Of a stretch of 32,325 nt of DNA, positions 8,467-16,702 are shown piece after piece (positions within the stretch are counted from its first letter, which is position 1; each line of letters starts with the position of its first letter). The stretch is taken from the IMG/VR virus record IMGVR_UViG_3300016467_001112, positions 1-32,325 of that record. One strand, 5' to 3'. This DNA is from a virus. Taxonomy: Duplodnaviria; Caudoviricetes. The notes beneath the pieces were generated by a model. It saw only the letters and a program-made list of their open reading frames with translations, had not been told where the DNA came from and ran no database searches. The translations under genes were made by a program, and so were the position numbers.

Positions 8467-9361
8467 AAAAGCCCTTAAGTCAGTATCTGGGATAGGGAGG
8501 GTTGTTGTAGGGAATCTGGGTTCGCACGACGGGAGTCTGGACGTGTGCGTCGGGTACGGTGCGGAAGTAGTGGACATAAAAAATAAGTCCGACTTTTCTC
8601 TAATCAGAAACAGTCTTTCCGATGACGGGATGAACTTCTACATTGAGGCGTGGGAGTTCGTCGCGAGAGGGCAGGAAAAAATAAAGAACGCGGCCGATAC
8701 GAGGCAAATTTGCGTCATAAACGGAGGAATAGCGTCCAAAGAGACGAGGATTTGGATTGGCAAAAATGGTTTCGTCAATCCCGTGTATGAAACGATATTA
8801 GATTCTTCTGCAAATTATGATCAGGAAATAGTTGTGGTTGCGGGTAAGTCGCCAGACCTCGCAGGTGAAAGAAAGGAGTTGGTCAAAAAATGGCTGGATT
8901 CTCGTCCGACCTCGCCCGAGCCGTACTATTACATGGCATGCTCCTTGCTTTACGAAAGGAAATATGAAGAATTTTTCTTCTATGCAAAAAGGTATCTGGC
9001 GATGCAGAACAGTCACGGTGCGGAATCAGTTCTCCTCTGCTATTACATGGCGCAGATAGAGCTGCACACGGGTCGCCTTGATGAGGCTTCTGGCCACATT
9101 CTTTTCTGCATCGCCGTTAGGCCGATGATGGCTGAATTTTGGTGTCTTTTGGGGGATATGTTCTACAGACAAAACAAGTTCGGCAAGGCCAGATCCATGT
9201 ACGAAAACGCCATGTTGATAGGGAAAAGGCGCAAAAGTTCCGACTCTTATCCGATAGAAATATCCAAGTACAAGGAATATCCCGAAAAAATGATAGGGAG
9301 CATAGACGAGATATCCACGGACATGGCTAGAAGAATAGAAAAAGCGACGCAGAAAGGGTAG
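8420..9361 (+). CDS. GT2-like domain plus TPR repeats
   Basis: N-terminal IEKALKSV...VVGNLGSHDGS...DFSLIRN pattern of GT2-TPR proteins; C-terminal TPRs (EPYYYMA, AEFWCLLGD.FY....F.KA...YE.A). Confidence 0.8.
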   Translation: MPTVQILLRNNKDTIEKALKSVSGIGRVVVGNLGSHDGSLDVCVGYGAEVVDIKNKSDFSLIRNSLSDDGMNFYIEAWEFVARGQEKIKNAADTRQICVINGGIASKETRIWIGKNGFVNPVYETILDSSANYDQEIVVVAGKSPDLAGERKELVKKWLDSRPTSPEPYYYMACSLLYERKYEEFFFYAKRYLAMQNSHGAESVLLCYYMAQIELHTGRLDEASGHILFCIAVRPMMAEFWCLLGDMFYRQNKFGKARSMYENAMLIGKRRKSSDSYPIEISKYKEYPEKMIGSIDEISTDMARRIEKATQKG

Positions 9362-9385
9362 ATATCTTATAGCAAGGAGGTCCGG

Positions 9386-9646
9386 TTGGCCAAATTCAAA
9401 GTAGCCATCAAATACAAAGAAAGCTGCTGTGAAGAGATAGTAGAGATAGAGGCCGAATCGGCGGAAAAAGCAAGAAAAAGATGTTCGGAAATGGTAGAGG
9501 AAAACAGAGTAGCCGTGGATATGTGTGCAAAAAAAGGCGTTTATGTCAGTCGGTCTATAGCAGACTGCAGACTGTATAAAATGGACTGGAGGGACGAGTT
9601 TATTAAGTGCATGAACATCGCAAGCGGATCAGAAAACGAAGTCTAA
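9386..9646 (+). CDS. hypothetical protein
   Basis: TTG start with strong SD AAGGAGG; 86 aa. Confidence 0.7.
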   Translation: MAKFKVAIKYKESCCEEIVEIEAESAEKARKRCSEMVEENRVAVDMCAKKGVYVSRSIADCRLYKMDWRDEFIKCMNIASGSENEV

Positions 9647-10015
9647 TTCATTGACGACCACGGTCACCTGATCTTCCCAGCGGGCCACATCTATCTGTTT
9701 CCTTCCCGGCCCGAGCCTACTTAGCTTTACCTCTAGTTCGCTTATGTGGCAGTTTATCACAGACCAGTGGTTTTCTGCGAGTTTGTTGAGTTCTTTTTCC
9801 TCGTCGGGAACTTCTAGGTTTGGATAGTACTTTTGCAGTTGATCTCTGCATTCCTTGGCCACTTTTCTGTACAACGGGACATGGCATGCGCAACCAGGAT
9901 TGTCTAGAAACTTCTCTAGTTCTGCGGACATCTCCTTCGGCAAAGTTAGTCTGAACCTGGAGTCCTTGAGGGCTTTTTTTATGTCCGCAAGCGTTATCTT
10001 ATTTTCACTTGCCAT
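9629..10015 (-). CDS. hypothetical protein with CxC motif
   Basis: 128-aa ORF, SD GGAGG, last gene of a minus-strand operon; NPGCACH. Confidence 0.75.
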   Translation of the reverse strand: MASENKITLADIKKALKDSRFRLTLPKEMSAELEKFLDNPGCACHVPLYRKVAKECRDQLQKYYPNLEVPDEEKELNKLAENHWSVINCHISELEVKLSRLGPGRKQIDVARWEDQVTVVVNELDFVF

Positions 10016-10286
10016 CTTCTACTTCCTCCATAAATCTAGCATGGAAGTCCAGGTTTTCCTGTCTCCACTTTTCTTCGTTCCTTCTCATTCTTTCCTCTTC
10101 ATTCTTTCTGTCTTGCTCCTCTTGGGGGTCTGCGAACTTTCTTGGAGCCACGCCTCTTCCGCATCCTGGGCATCTGTATTTTTTTGAACTCATGCTGTCG
10201 TTATTGAGTTCCACTAGGTTCGTTTTGTTCTCTTCGGATATTTTCTTCCATCCGCAAGAGGAGCACAAGATTATGATCTTTGTCAT
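10005..10286 (-). CDS. zinc-ribbon protein with charged C-terminal helix
   Basis: Start re-called at MTKIIILCSSCG (ATGA overlap with upstream stop); CSSC...CPGC. Confidence 0.75.
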   Translation of the reverse strand: MTKIIILCSSCGWKKISEENKTNLVELNNDSMSSKKYRCPGCGRGVAPRKFADPQEEQDRKNEEERMRRNEEKWRQENLDFHARFMEEVEDGK

Positions 10287-10597
10287 TCTTGCTCTACTCC
10301 TACGATGCTCCTCGCCTCTAGGTAATTCATGTATGTGGCGGACATCGTGGCCAGAAAACTTCCAGCCATGCCGCACATGAATACGATTAAGGGATTCTGG
10401 TCGATTATGATGTATCCGCAAGCAAAGCCGGCCCATGTGCCGAAGCACTGATAGCAGGAAAAGACCTTGTTGAGCCACTTGGGACAGTTCTTCTCTACGA
10501 AATCCCTGAAAGGGATCATGATGGATGCCGGGTCTACTACTATGTTTGTCAGTCCTATTACGGCACAAGCGAAAAGAATAAGCGATGCCATATTCAT
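10283..10597 (-). CDS. membrane protein, DUF1360-like
   Basis: Three hydrophobic segments with I..PFR...FSCYQCFGTW (CxxCxxxW) signature. Confidence 0.75.
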   Translation of the reverse strand: MNMASLILFACAVIGLTNIVVDPASIMIPFRDFVEKNCPKWLNKVFSCYQCFGTWAGFACGYIIIDQNPLIVFMCGMAGSFLATMSATYMNYLEARSIVGVEQE

Positions 10598-10600
10598 GCG

Positions 10601-10963
10601 TCATCTCCAGAAAGTGACATATACTTTTCCTTCTTTTCTAAATGTGCTGAATGCGGTGTAATCGTCTTGAAGATCAAAATCTACATGATCGTCTTCTACG
10701 CCGAACTCTGTGCTGTGAACCAGGTGTCTGTCTATTCTATCAATAGTGACGTGGGTTCCGAAGTGTTCTGAAATGATGTCCTCGTGAACGCCCTTGGCGC
10801 TCCTCAGGAAATCAAGTATGCATTTCCTGCCCATGGCTCGTAGAACGGGACTTATTCTGCTCATCCTCCATTGATCCCTGAGATGTATTAAATCGGGCAT
10901 TTTGCGCCATATTTCCTTGTTGTGGAAAATGAGTTCCTCTACGTTTTGAATATTGATGTGCAT
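10601..10963 (-). CDS. hypothetical protein
   Basis: First gene of a minus-strand operon; start probably MHINIQ (10963), alternative 10984. Confidence 0.7.
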   Translation of the reverse strand: MHINIQNVEELIFHNKEIWRKMPDLIHLRDQWRMSRISPVLRAMGRKCILDFLRSAKGVHEDIISEHFGTHVTIDRIDRHLVHSTEFGVEDDHVDFDLQDDYTAFSTFRKEGKVYVTFWR

Positions 10964-11004
10964 AGCTCTAATAGAGTCGCACACATTTCATAAAGGAGAA
11001 TATC

Positions 11005-12129
11005 ATGGCCGATGAGACTTTCAGACCGCAGAAGAGGTCAATATCGCAGGATGAAATAGAAGGGGGATTGAACGAATCTGGGTCTGATAATGCCTCGGAC
11101 AGGCTGTCGGATATGGCGGCCATGAGACAGCGTCTTGCGGAGGAGGTCGGAAGAGAGGTTGACAATCCTTCGGAGGATTCGGCTATGAGAATTTCGGGCA
11201 AGGTTCCCGAGGCGTTCAAGCAGGTGGTCGCCCAGAAAAAAATGCAAGGACAACAGGCCAGAACAGAAAGCAGAAACGCTCCGTCAGACATGAGGGTCAC
11301 GGGAAGCGGAAGGCTTGAGGAGCTCATCGCCGGCATAGGATCCAAAGGGGGGATGATATACGAAAAGATAGAGCTTCCCTCGAGAGGCAAGTTCTACGAT
11401 GGCGAGAATGGTCCTGCGGACGGGATAATTCATCTTCGTCCGATGACGGGCGAGGAGGAAGAGATTCTGGCCACCCCTAGATTTGTCAAGAAGGGGCAGG
11501 CAATCAACATGATATTCAACAGATGCATGAGAGAGAGTTACGATTCGGCTAATTTCCTGACGCAGGACAGGACATACATGTTGATCTATCTGCGTGGCAT
11601 ATCCTACACGCCTGAATATGACGTGGAGGTGCGGGATCCCGACTCCGACCAGACTTTTGCCACCACAATAAACCTGAACGAACTTTATGTGGATCACTGC
11701 TCCGCCGATTTCGGCCCAGAAAACCTAGAGGACGTCCTTCCTTCCACGGGATACAGATTCAGATATAGGCTTGCGATTGGCAAGGACGAGCAGTCAATCC
11801 AGGAGTACAGGGAAAGACGAGCGAAGAACTTTGATCTATCCGGCCAGGCGGATGACACCTTGCTCTACAGAACGGCTCATCTCATTGAGGAGATAGAGGG
11901 ACTTACGGACAAGTTGGAAATTCAGACGCTTCTCAAGAAACTTCCCATACAGGATGTGGCTTACCTCCGCACTGTTGTGAACGAGCCTCCGTTCGGAGTG
12001 GACACCAAGATCAACATAACCAATCCGTATACTATGCGGGATTTTGAGATAGAACTCCCACTGGAGTCAAATTTTTTCTTCCCGCGGGCAAAGCGAACGA
12101 AAAATACGATATCGAGGACGCAAGCTTAG
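11005..12129 (+). CDS. baseplate hub / tail assembly chaperone-like protein (T4 gp26-like) with disordered N-terminal extension
   Basis: IELPSRGKFY, LRPMTGEEEEIL, DR.YMLIYLRGISY..EY and C-terminal NFFFP motifs; SD AAGGAG. Confidence 0.75.
   Translation: MADETFRPQKRSISQDEIEGGLNESGSDNASDRLSDMAAMRQRLAEEVGREVDNPSEDSAMRISGKVPEAFKQVVAQKKMQGQQARTESRNAPSDMRVTGSGRLEELIAGIGSKGGMIYEKIELPSRGKFYDGENGPADGIIHLRPMTGEEEEILATPRFVKKGQAINMIFNRCMRESYDSANFLTQDRTYMLIYLRGISYTPEYDVEVRDPDSDQTFATTINLNELYVDHCSADFGPENLEDVLPSTGYRFRYRLAIGKDEQSIQEYRERRAKNFDLSGQADDTLLYRTAHLIEEIEGLTDKLEIQTLLKKLPIQDVAYLRTVVNEPPFGVDTKINITNPYTMRDFEIELPLESNFFFPRAKRTKNTISRTQA
12069..12078 (+). other. candidate programmed -1 ribosomal frameshift site
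   Basis: In-frame overlapping heptamers A AAT TTT and T TTT TTC; the -1 frame is open from 12048 to 12314. Confidence 0.7.
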
Positions 12130-12146
12130 AACTGTGGAAAAATCTG

Positions 12147-12314
12147 ATGGAGGAGATGTTCTTCTTCATCTACCACATGCATCAGAGCAGGGAAAACTTC
12201 ATGTCTTTGCCCATAAACGAAAGAAAGTGGATCATAAGCAGGTTCATACAGCAAAAGGAGAAGGAGAATGAGGCCATGGAGGCGGCAAGAAAGAAAGCCA
12301 AGGTGAAGAAGTAA
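12147..12314 (+). CDS. small gp51-like / chaperone C-terminal module (55 aa; not in ORF track)
   Basis: MEEMFFFIYHMHQSRENFMSLPINERKWIISRFIQQKEKENEAMEAARKKAKVKK*; the LP..ER.W pattern is typical of small ORFs following gp26-like genes. Confidence 0.8.
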   Translation: MEEMFFFIYHMHQSRENFMSLPINERKWIISRFIQQKEKENEAMEAARKKAKVKK

Positions 12315-12315
12315 T

Positions 12316-13065
12316 ATGGCAACAAAAGAAAGAAATCAGAACCCGGTGGTCGGAGACGATCTGAATCTCCGTCTTTTTACCTACAACTCCAATCACAGAC
12401 AGAATGTGGCGGGGGTGGAGAAGGTAGACATCTATCAGCTCGATTCCTCGTGTGCCACTGAAGAAAATCCTGAGGGCAGAAGACTCGTAATGACCATAGA
12501 CGGATCGGACGTGGTTGTGGTGAACGATCCTTTTGGAGGTCAGTATGTGGTCACAGTTGAGCTTGAAGACCTAAAATTCACGATAGGAAGTTATGTGGAT
12601 GTGTGGTCGGTTAGTTTTGATTCTGTTCAGTCCGGAACCGTGACAAATGAATTCCGAATTGTATCCGATCTTTGGTATGCATCGGACATGCCGATAGTCT
12701 ATGACTTCTCTTACGGGTTTAGACCCAATAGGGTGAGGAGGGGCGAGAGGAGATGGCTGAGCGTGGATATCGTCCCGAACGTTCCGAATGCATCAGACCT
12801 TCAAAGATACTACGTCAACTTGGCTCTGGCGAGCCCCGTCAAGATATTCATTGAAAAGCAGTGCGGCAACTGCGTGCCGAAAGAAAGAGATCTGAGGATT
12901 GTCGTGGACGGCGCGGATGTCGAACACCGCCACGGATCAGAGGGGTACTACTTCCTTGACACCGTGGCTCTCGACATGGACTGCGGCATTTACGACGTCT
13001 GGTTCGAACTAGAGTTCGGTGAAAACAAGTACATATCGGAGCCACTGCAGCTCCAGATATTCTGA
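12316..13065 (+). CDS. hypothetical beta-rich protein, probably virion structural
   Basis: 249-aa acidic ORF with two similar halves (GSYVDVW / GIYDVWF), coupled to the upstream ORF. Confidence 0.75.
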   Translation: MATKERNQNPVVGDDLNLRLFTYNSNHRQNVAGVEKVDIYQLDSSCATEENPEGRRLVMTIDGSDVVVVNDPFGGQYVVTVELEDLKFTIGSYVDVWSVSFDSVQSGTVTNEFRIVSDLWYASDMPIVYDFSYGFRPNRVRRGERRWLSVDIVPNVPNASDLQRYYVNLALASPVKIFIEKQCGNCVPKERDLRIVVDGADVEHRHGSEGYYFLDTVALDMDCGIYDVWFELEFGENKYISEPLQLQIF

Positions 13066-13088
13066 AAAGGATTGCTCGGTGTGTGTCG

Positions 13089-13126
13089 AGGGAGTCCCAG
13101 AAGAAACGCTGGGGCTCCCTTTTTTT
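13089..13126 (+). terminator. Rho-independent terminator
   Basis: AGGGAGTCCCAG-8 nt loop-CTGGGGCTCCCT followed by a T run. Confidence 0.88.
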
Positions 13127-13156
13127 AGGCAAAAACGCGATTTCGCAAAAAACAGG

Positions 13157-13184
13157 TTTACGTTCGGAATTTCGTGCGTATAAC
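13157..13184 (+). promoter_or_regulatory. sigma70-like (early) promoter candidate
   Basis: TTTACG-N16-TATAAC just downstream of the terminator and upstream of the 13249 operon. Confidence 0.45.
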
Positions 13185-13248
13185 TGAAGGTGAGACTTCG
13201 CAGGCCGATCCTGGATCGGCCGTTACGACCCGCAAAAAGGAGCCAGAA

Positions 13249-14640
13249 ATGGTGACTGCAACCGAATTCCGCGTACTATTCGAGAGCTCAATAAAGAGAT
13301 CGGAGAAAAAGGTCGCAGGACCCACCGTCGGCCTTTTGAGGGAAATCCTTGTCAATGCGGGGATGGATGAGGGCGAATGGTCTTTACGGGATTCCAGAAG
13401 GATCAAGAAGAAGGGCAGGGAGAGGTTCCATGCGATCCGTATTGAGGAACGAAGCGGACGCAAGAGTGTCCGGATATGGTGCAAGCCTGGTGGCAACGAC
13501 TCGTGCTTTGAGTACACTCTTCTGCCTCCCGCCGAGGTTGACGCCAACATGCTCTTCTCATTGCTTCGGCGAGTCAATCCGGTGAATCTGAAGATACCCG
13601 AGTCTAGGGAACTGCCAAAGGCCTTCATCGACCATGTGATTGGCGCAAAGCCCTCTGCTCTTCCGTCCCATGCTGTCGCAAAAGTGGATGTCGAGGCAGA
13701 CACGCAAAAGGAGATCGGTTCGGAGGATGAGGAGTCGCAAGAATTTAGTCGCGATGCCAAGGCCGAAATAATGGAGGCTGTGCAGGATCTAGACCATATG
13801 GAGCATGGATCAGACTCAAAGATAATCGCTCAAGTCGTGTCGCCGTCCAAGGAGTCTGTGGGAGCCTTGCTCCTTGACAAGCCGACTCTCATGTCTGACC
13901 AGGGGGCGATGGACAAAGCTCTACTCGCCTTGGGTGTCGTGGCTCCAAACGGATATGCTCGGAAGACGGAGGCGTCCAATTACATAATCGCAAGCCTCGG
14001 AATCAAGAGATTCATCGGGGAGGTGAGCGGAGGCACTTACACTTCGGTGGAAGGAGCCATGAGAGCATTGACGATGGCTCTGCGTAGTGCCGGATACCTA
14101 GAAAGGGTGCATTACTCTGCGGAGGACGGAAGCGTAAGCAAGGGGATCAAGGGATACAAACTGACACCCAAGGCTCTAAAAAGAATCGCCGCCCTAAAGG
14201 CCGTCCGCGGCGAGGTTGTATCGCCTGTGTCTGCGGAGGCTGATGTCGTGCTTGGGAGCGAAGCCTTGAGCGAGGAAAGCGAGGCTGGCCTTAATTCAGA
14301 CGACCTGCCCAGGCTCAAGAGCCTCATATCGCAACACGAAGAAGCCGATCTCCAGCTGAAGGAGATAAACGGGATACTGGGGAATTTGGATTCCGAAATC
14401 GCAGACATACAGCTTGATGCGACGGGGCTTGACCTTGCAGAGATTGATAAAATCAAGCAGATAGAAGTTTTGCAGAGTGAGATTCAGAGGGTGAGAGAGA
14501 AGAAGATGGCTGTGGCTGAAAACCTCAAAAGGAAGTTCGCCGAAAGAAAAGAGTGGGAGGACATGAAGTTGCCCCACCTCGCAGAGAAGTCAAGAGTGGA
14601 AGCCGAGATATGCTCCATAACGAGGAACAACAAAAAATGA
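13249..14640 (+). CDS. hypothetical protein with possible winged-helix segment and C-terminal coiled coil
   Basis: Start re-called at ATG 13249 (SD AAGGAG); LRSAGYLERV...GYKLTPKA wing-like motif; heptad-rich C-terminus. Confidence 0.8.
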   Translation: MVTATEFRVLFESSIKRSEKKVAGPTVGLLREILVNAGMDEGEWSLRDSRRIKKKGRERFHAIRIEERSGRKSVRIWCKPGGNDSCFEYTLLPPAEVDANMLFSLLRRVNPVNLKIPESRELPKAFIDHVIGAKPSALPSHAVAKVDVEADTQKEIGSEDEESQEFSRDAKAEIMEAVQDLDHMEHGSDSKIIAQVVSPSKESVGALLLDKPTLMSDQGAMDKALLALGVVAPNGYARKTEASNYIIASLGIKRFIGEVSGGTYTSVEGAMRALTMALRSAGYLERVHYSAEDGSVSKGIKGYKLTPKALKRIAALKAVRGEVVSPVSAEADVVLGSEALSEESEAGLNSDDLPRLKSLISQHEEADLQLKEINGILGNLDSEIADIQLDATGLDLAEIDKIKQIEVLQSEIQRVREKKMAVAENLKRKFAERKEWEDMKLPHLAEKSRVEAEICSITRNNKK

Positions 14641-14864
14641 TCATCGTACCAGCTTGGATCAAGGAGGATTTGCCGGAGGGAATCAAGGCAATTCTAGGAA
14701 GCGAGCCTCCTGACGATGCTCCTGTGGAGTGGATTCCGAGGGAAACAATCAAAAACTGTCTTTATGCTCCGGTAGATTTTGAAGGGAGCAAGATGGCAAT
14801 GCTGGTTTTCGAGGAAGAGAATGCTCCCGAATCCGTTCGGAAAATCATCGATCCAAAAAGATGA
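14637..14864 (+). CDS. small hypothetical protein
   Basis: ATGA overlaps at both ends; MIIVPAWIKE... Confidence 0.7.
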   Translation: MIIVPAWIKEDLPEGIKAILGSEPPDDAPVEWIPRETIKNCLYAPVDFEGSKMAMLVFEEENAPESVRKIIDPKR

Positions 14865-15238
14865 CCTACGCAGAACATGTAAATTCGCTTCTTGAAATGC
14901 ACGGTGTTTCCGTGGAGTGGAAAGAGGGCTATTTCAAGGGGAGGGCGTGGAGAAGGGAGCGAAAGATCAAGATTGCTCCAGTGAGAACGGCCGTGACCTA
15001 CGCAATAGCCCTCCACGAACTTGGGCATGTATTGGGAAGGCAGTCCGGGTTGAGAATAGACAGGGAAGTTCAAGCCTGGGAGTGGGCGGAGGCGAACGCT
15101 CTCGAGTGGACTGAGCCTATGATCGTCAAGGCGGCGAAGTGTGTTGCGTCGTACTTGAAAATGTGCGAAAGGCACCGAGGCATGCATTTGCCTCCGGAAG
15201 GTCATCCCGCATGGCGGATGTCGCAGTGGACTCATTGA
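14861..15238 (+). CDS. small HExxH zinc metallopeptidase-like protein (zincin; ImmA/IrrE-like)
   Basis: ALHELGHVL followed by EVQAWEWA. Confidence 0.75.
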   Translation: MTYAEHVNSLLEMHGVSVEWKEGYFKGRAWRRERKIKIAPVRTAVTYAIALHELGHVLGRQSGLRIDREVQAWEWAEANALEWTEPMIVKAAKCVASYLKMCERHRGMHLPPEGHPAWRMSQWTH

Positions 15239-15241
15239 GCG

Positions 15242-15790
15242 TCAGTCAAAGAAGAATGCATCTTCCAGACTCATTAGGTCTTCGTATTTGACCGCCGTCC
15301 ATTCGCGATATTTCATCATGTATTCAAAGGACTTCTGTCCCAAGTCTTCGGACTTCAAGAATGCGATCCTTGGCTTTCTGTCCTTCTTCCAAAACAGCAG
15401 AGGCTTCCTTTTGCATCTTTCAGAGTCGGAACACACCTGCTTTAGGAAATCATCCAATTCGCTCTGCCCTCCGTCAAAGGCGGAACACAAATCTATTTCG
15501 TTATACCCCCCTTTGCTCTCTAGAACGAATTTGAATTTGTCGGGGCAAATTATGTCCCCCGAATAGAGGTTTGTGGCGGCTCTTGAAAGATGCACATTTT
15601 GACCCCATCTGTTTCCACTGCCGACGGATCGAGAGAATTTGCCACCATCCGGATTTTCGGAAAGAACTTTGAAAAAACGCTCGTTCAGACTCTTGACTAG
15701 TTCTAGTTCTACCCTCTTGCCTTTTTTGCCCGATTTTATCTTTTTGGGTTTCTTCCGGAATATGTCGTCCACATCAATATCTTCTTCCAT
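15242..15790 (-). CDS. PD-(D/E)xK nuclease, Holliday junction resolvase-like
   Basis: SGKKGKRVELEL, RSVGSG, GDII...LESK, KPLLFWK motifs. Confidence 0.75.
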   Translation of the reverse strand: MEEDIDVDDIFRKKPKKIKSGKKGKRVELELVKSLNERFFKVLSENPDGGKFSRSVGSGNRWGQNVHLSRAATNLYSGDIICPDKFKFVLESKGGYNEIDLCSAFDGGQSELDDFLKQVCSDSERCKRKPLLFWKKDRKPRIAFLKSEDLGQKSFEYMMKYREWTAVKYEDLMSLEDAFFFD

Positions 15791-15794
15791 ACCC

Positions 15795-15800
15795 TATATA
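15795..15800. promoter_or_regulatory. palindromic TATATA box in a 15-bp divergent intergenic gap
   Basis: CAT-accc-TATATA-cgaga-ATG: 4 nt from one start and 5 nt from the other; no SD on either side. Confidence 0.6.
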
Positions 15801-15805
15801 CGAGA

Positions 15806-16006
15806 ATGCGGAAGCTAATAGTAATAACTCTTGCACTGATGGCGTTCGGAGTGTACGACTCTAGAAGACCTCATAAAGTAGCGGTCAGGACCGACCCAAA
15901 AGAATTGTCGGAAAAATGCTCCGAAATGGCTCTGGAATTAAAAAAAATAAAGGCCGGCCTGGATATGTTGGAGAAGCAGGCTTTTGTCAGTTGCCAAGTC
16001 GATTAA
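15806..16006 (+). CDS. small protein with N-terminal hydrophobic/signal segment and coiled coil
   Basis: MRKLIVITLALMAFGVY; fills the gap between flanking minus-strand genes. Confidence 0.65.
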   Translation: MRKLIVITLALMAFGVYDSRRPHKVAVRTDPKELSEKCSEMALELKKIKAGLDMLEKQAFVSCQVD

Positions 16007-16334
16007 CGGGCTTTCCTTCGTCCCCGGAAATCTCCTCTATATTCTCCTCGCAGGCTTTTAGGACTGCCTTGAGGTCGTCTTTTTCTTCTATGGCCTTCAT
16101 TATGGCCACTCCACACTTCTGGAGGACTGTCAACTTGTCCTCCTCGCTCTGTGGCCAGTGGGTATGGATTATCCTTCTGATCTGGTTTACTATTGTCTCC
16201 GCATTAGAGACCAGGTGCCGAACGCCCATGTTTTCCGCACTGTCGTTGAGGTCTTGCACGGCGCTCAAAATGTCTGCCAATCTCTGGGCGAAATAGCCCT
16301 TGTTTTCACTGATCAGAAAATCCTTGAATTCCAT
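15987..16334 (-). CDS. hypothetical helical protein, possible internal head protein
   Basis: Start re-called at MEFKDFLISE, preceded by TAAATA-N5. Confidence 0.75.
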   Translation of the reverse strand: MEFKDFLISENKGYFAQRLADILSAVQDLNDSAENMGVRHLVSNAETIVNQIRRIIHTHWPQSEEDKLTVLQKCGVAIMKAIEEKDDLKAVLKACEENIEEISGDEGKPVNRLGN

Positions 16335-16351
16335 GGGTTTATTTAGGCTCC

Positions 16352-16702
16352 TCATAAGACATTCCAGGAGGCCTTTGGCCTCGTTTTTGGTCTTTTGCCC
16401 TCTCTGACACCCTTGCAGGCCTCTGCGACCGCCTGAACGCATTTCTTGGCCTGTGAGAGGGTCTCGGCGGAGCCCATATCGTAAAGTTCTTTGGCGGTGT
16501 GGAGATTCTTATGGCTGTAGGGCAGTTCTGACTGCTCTGAAACGCTTCCTTCCGAGTCGTATTTTTGCTCCTCTGTTTTGGGAACGAAGTAGCATGTGAA
16601 GCAAATGGCGGGGTAGGTTTTTTCATCTACGAACGGAGAGTTCTTGTGGGCAGTCGTATAGATGTCCATCTTCTGGTCGCAGATGGGGCACTTTTTTATC
16701 AT
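16352..16702 (-). CDS. zinc-finger-like hypothetical protein
   Basis: CPIC...CFTC; 4-bp overlap with the SET gene. Confidence 0.75.
   Translation of the reverse strand: MIKKCPICDQKMDIYTTAHKNSPFVDEKTYPAICFTCYFVPKTEEQKYDSEGSVSEQSELPYSHKNLHTAKELYDMGSAETLSQAKKCVQAVAEACKGVREGKRPKTRPKASWNVL

Noticed and set aside
10287-10604. N-terminal extension of track ORF 10005..10604 (also the extensions to 1175, 13174, 14553, 16442, 17582 and 25090)
   Set aside because: Most overlap better-supported neighbouring genes or promoter signals; the downstream starts fit SD, ATGA coupling, TANATA spacing or gene packing better
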